Below, one piece after another: positions 61,667-64,000 of a stretch of 64,000 bases of DNA. Made by a program: the position numbers and the translations under genes. The notes beneath the pieces were generated by a model. It did not search any database. It worked only from the letters and a program-made list of their open reading frames with translations, and was not told the DNA's origin. The DNA comes from Chloroflexota bacterium. GTDB lineage: Bacteria; Chloroflexota; Dehalococcoidia; SM23-28-2; RBG-16-64-32. Every line of letters begins with the position of its first letter. The stretch's first letter is position 1. The stretch lies in assembly GCA_022561635.1 (NCBI GenBank), contig JADFQV010000002.1, positions 2,546-66,545 of the forward strand, read 5' to 3'.

Positions 61667-62716
61667 ATGGTTGAACAGAAGACGCGCCGTCGCCGGCCCT
61701 ACACCTCAGGCGACAAGGCGCTCGACGAGAAGATCGTGCAGCTCGTCGCCGAATCCGGCGCCGGTGCCAACGCCGACCTCATCCAGGAGATGATGATGAC
61801 AGCGCTGCGCCTGGTCCGTGACGACGCCGGGCGCGGAGAGCAGAAGCTGGTGAACGCAGCACTCAAGGAGTTCGCTTACTCGTTCCGCGTGTTCAAGAAG
61901 TGGCAGGACCAGCTCAAGGTCTCCATCTTCGGCTCCGCGCGGACAAAGCCGGGCGAGCCAGTCTACGAGTACACGCGCCGCTTCGCGGAGGCGATAGTCA
62001 AGCAGAACTGGATGGTGATCACCGGCGCCGGTCCCGGCATCATGGCGGCGGGACACGAAGGCGCGGGCGCTGAGAAGAGCTTCGGAGCGTCGATCCGGCT
62101 GCCGCTCGAGTCAGAGCCGAACATCTTCATCCAGGGCGATGCGAAGCTGATCAACTACAAATACTTCTTCACGCGCAAGGTCACGTTCATCAAGGAGTCG
62201 GACGCCTTTGCCCTTCTGCCGGGCGGCTTCGGGACGATGGACGAAACGTATGAACTTCTGACGCTCATGCAGACAGGCAAGAGCGACGTTCACCCGGTCG
62301 TTCTGCTGGAAGAGAAAGGCAGCACATTCTGGAGCGACTGGCTGCGTTTCACCGAAGAGCAGCTGCTGGGCCGCGGCCTGATCTCTCGCGACGACCTGCA
62401 TCTGCTCTACCACGCGACGAGCATCAAATCTGCGGTGAGAGAGATCACCCATTTCTACGCCAACTACCGGTCACAGCGCTACGCCGACGGTGTGCTCATG
62501 CTGCGCATCAAGCGCCTCCCTCCAAAGGACAAGATCGCCGAGCTGGGACACGCATTCAAGGACATCCTGGGGCGTCGCGGCATCCGCGCGTCGGAGCCTT
62601 CGAAGGTCGAGATCGACGACGAGGACGAGCTGGATTGCGAGCGCCTGGCTGTGCACTTCAACCAGTCCAGCGTCGGGCGGCTGCGCAAGCTGATTGACGA
62701 GCTGAACCGCTACTAA
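61667..62716 (+). CDS. LOG/TIGR00730-family Rossmann protein with N- and C-terminal extensions (PpnN-like nucleotide nucleosidase candidate)
   Basis: VSIFGSAR...ITGAGPGIMAAGHEGA...LPGGFGTMDETYELLTL.Q..K. Confidence 0.8.
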   Translation: MVEQKTRRRRPYTSGDKALDEKIVQLVAESGAGANADLIQEMMMTALRLVRDDAGRGEQKLVNAALKEFAYSFRVFKKWQDQLKVSIFGSARTKPGEPVYEYTRRFAEAIVKQNWMVITGAGPGIMAAGHEGAGAEKSFGASIRLPLESEPNIFIQGDAKLINYKYFFTRKVTFIKESDAFALLPGGFGTMDETYELLTLMQTGKSDVHPVVLLEEKGSTFWSDWLRFTEEQLLGRGLISRDDLHLLYHATSIKSAVREITHFYANYRSQRYADGVLMLRIKRLPPKDKIAELGHAFKDILGRRGIRASEPSKVEIDDEDELDCERLAVHFNQSSVGRLRKLIDELNRY

Positions 62717-62829
62717 GGCAGGCGCTTTCGCCCGTTTGGCGGCCCGCTCATACGCGCTTTTGAGGCTCGAAAGCGCTCAAAACCTGCGCAAAGGTACGTC
62801 ACTCGTGCGAAAAGGCCATCCGCTACGTG

Positions 62830-62857
62830 TTGACTTACGTTACGGGAACGCTATAGT
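62830..62857 (+). promoter_or_regulatory. Near-consensus promoter TTGACT-N16-TATAGT
   Basis: Read directly from the sequence, ~50 nt upstream of the small zinc-ribbon ORF. Confidence 0.45.
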
Positions 62858-62907
62858 TGGCGCATCGGACAGACCCATACGCACCCCGCCAGGGGCAAGG
62901 AGGAGCA

Positions 62908-63051
62908 ATGGAAGGCTATTGTCTCAAGTGCCGGACCAAGCGAGAGATCAAGGACCAAGTATCGGTCACGCTAAAGAACGGTCGCCCGGCGGTACAGGGC
63001 ACATGCCCCGTCTGCGGCACCAAGATCACCCGCATCGGTAAAGCCACCTGA
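62908..63051 (+). CDS. 47-aa zinc-ribbon protein (DUF5679-like)
   Basis: AAGGAGGAG SD. MEGYCLKCRTKREIKD...GTCPVCGTKITRIGK has CxxC-x22-CxxC. Flanked by its own promoter and terminator. Confidence 0.6.
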   Translation: MEGYCLKCRTKREIKDQVSVTLKNGRPAVQGTCPVCGTKITRIGKAT

Positions 63052-63068
63052 CCAACCAGTGAATCGAG

Positions 63069-63099
63069 AGCCCCGCCACCCGGCGGGGCTCATTCTTTT
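63069..63099 (+). terminator. Rho-independent terminator AGCCCCGCC-accc-GGCGGGGCT + CATTCTTTT
   Basis: 9-bp perfect stem, a tetraloop and a T-rich tail. Confidence 0.8.
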
Positions 63100-63104
63100 C
63101 CCGG

Positions 63105-63962
63105 ATGCTTGATCGCCTCGATCGCATGCTGGTCGCGGTGCGTGACCGCGCCGCCGCCGCCGATACCTTCAGCGCCGTTCTCGGCGCCGAGAAGGTCGGC
63201 GACGACTCCATCGCGCTCTACGCCGCGAGCCGTACCACCATGCGTGCCGGCGACAGCGAGTTCGACCTGCTTGAGCCATCGGGCGATGGGCCGGTCGCCG
63301 AACTGCTGGAGTCCCGTGGTGAGGGCATCTTCGGGGGCGGCTTCTCGACACCGAATCTCGACGAACTGACCAGCAACCTCGAGGACAGCGGCGTTGCCTT
63401 CGCCCGTGAAGGCAACTCACTTTACATCGAGCCGGATCAGACACACGGCATGCGCGTTGCCATCCGCCAGAGCGCGCCGCGTGAACCGGCTGGCCTCATC
63501 TCCTTCGTCTACGAAGTGACGAACGTCGTCGACGACCACAAGGCCGCTACGGACTTCTACACCCGAGCCTTCGGGCTGGACCAGTCCCGCTTCTCACCGA
63601 TCGACAGCGACATGTGGGGCTACGTCGGCACGCTCACGCTTTTCAACCCGCCCGAACGCCTCGACCGCATCGAGATCACGCAGACGACCGACTCGACGCG
63701 CGCCATGGGGCGGTTCTACGAGCGTCGCGGCCAGTCGATCTACATGTGCTTCGTCGAAACGCCGGACGCCGGTGCGATCAAGGAACGGCTGGACGCCCGC
63801 GAAGGTCGTTACCAACAGCTGGCGAACGATCCTGCGGCCGGCCTCTACATCCACCCGTCGGCGCTGCACGGAATCCTCATGGGTGTCAGCGGCACGAGCG
63901 TGGCGTGGCGCTGGTCGGGCCACCCAGAGCTGGCGCCGAAGAGCGCCGCCGGCTCATCCTAG
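63105..63962 (+). CDS. Two-domain VOC (glyoxalase/bleomycin-resistance/dioxygenase) superfamily protein
   Basis: Two repeats of the pattern L..v...V.D...a..fy...fG... No specific subfamily recognised. Confidence 0.65.
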   Translation: MLDRLDRMLVAVRDRAAAADTFSAVLGAEKVGDDSIALYAASRTTMRAGDSEFDLLEPSGDGPVAELLESRGEGIFGGGFSTPNLDELTSNLEDSGVAFAREGNSLYIEPDQTHGMRVAIRQSAPREPAGLISFVYEVTNVVDDHKAATDFYTRAFGLDQSRFSPIDSDMWGYVGTLTLFNPPERLDRIEITQTTDSTRAMGRFYERRGQSIYMCFVETPDAGAIKERLDAREGRYQQLANDPAAGLYIHPSALHGILMGVSGTSVAWRWSGHPELAPKSAAGSS

Positions 63963-64000
63963 CGCCGGGCGGCAACCCTAGGCCTTGGCGGCCGGTAGTT

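Noticed and set aside
1-64000. Scan for CRISPR arrays, IS elements or transposases, toxin-antitoxin pairs, retrons, DGRs and known defence systems.
   Set aside because: No spaced direct-repeat arrays, terminal inverted repeats, reverse transcriptase, nuclease-helicase or methyltransferase-type genes were seen. The only small HTH proteins (16104-16781, 28058-28273) lack adjacent toxin-like partners.

Overview
GC-rich bacterial chromosomal window that is densely coded on both strands. The gene content and the mix of strong GGAGG ribosome-binding sites with apparently leaderless genes suggest a Chloroflexota/Thermomicrobia-like or actinobacterium-like heterotroph, but I cannot verify this. I call about 60 CDS and one tRNA-Pro(GGG). 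I found no rRNA, CRISPR array, transposase, integrase, prophage or recognisable defence system. Core content: a tetrapyrrole operon on the minus strand (HTH regulator, precorrin-2 dehydrogenase, hemA, hemC, cobA/hemD fusion, hemB), plus ribH, pyrE, pth, mfd, dinB, nhaA, a cysteine desulfurase and a methylmalonyl-CoA mutase large subunit. There is also a split ADP-forming acyl-CoA synthetase, two ABC transporters, many SDRs, an aldehyde dehydrogenase, a glutamine-synthetase-like ligase, a haloalkane dehalogenase, a Baeyer-Villiger monooxygenase, and signalling proteins (hydrolase-cyclase fusion, GAF/HD-GYP). Most of the window looks like ordinary core genome. The most interesting items are: (1) a tightly coupled operon of three paralogous membrane proteins (47043-48844) built from five copies of one 2-TM module, two of them Met-rich; (2) a CsoR-type ATACCCC-N3-GGGGTAT palindrome over the putative -10 of that operon; (3) an HTH plus helical-sensor protein heading the heme operon; (4) an orphan FlaI/VirB11-like ATPase that has only the C-terminal domain and altered catalytic boxes; (5) a 414-aa orphan with a single Cys knuckle between nifS-like and pth; (6) a recurrent TAnnnT-N6-8-start geometry implying many leaderless mRNAs, which also changes several start calls. 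All functional calls come from reading the translations by eye; no searches were run.
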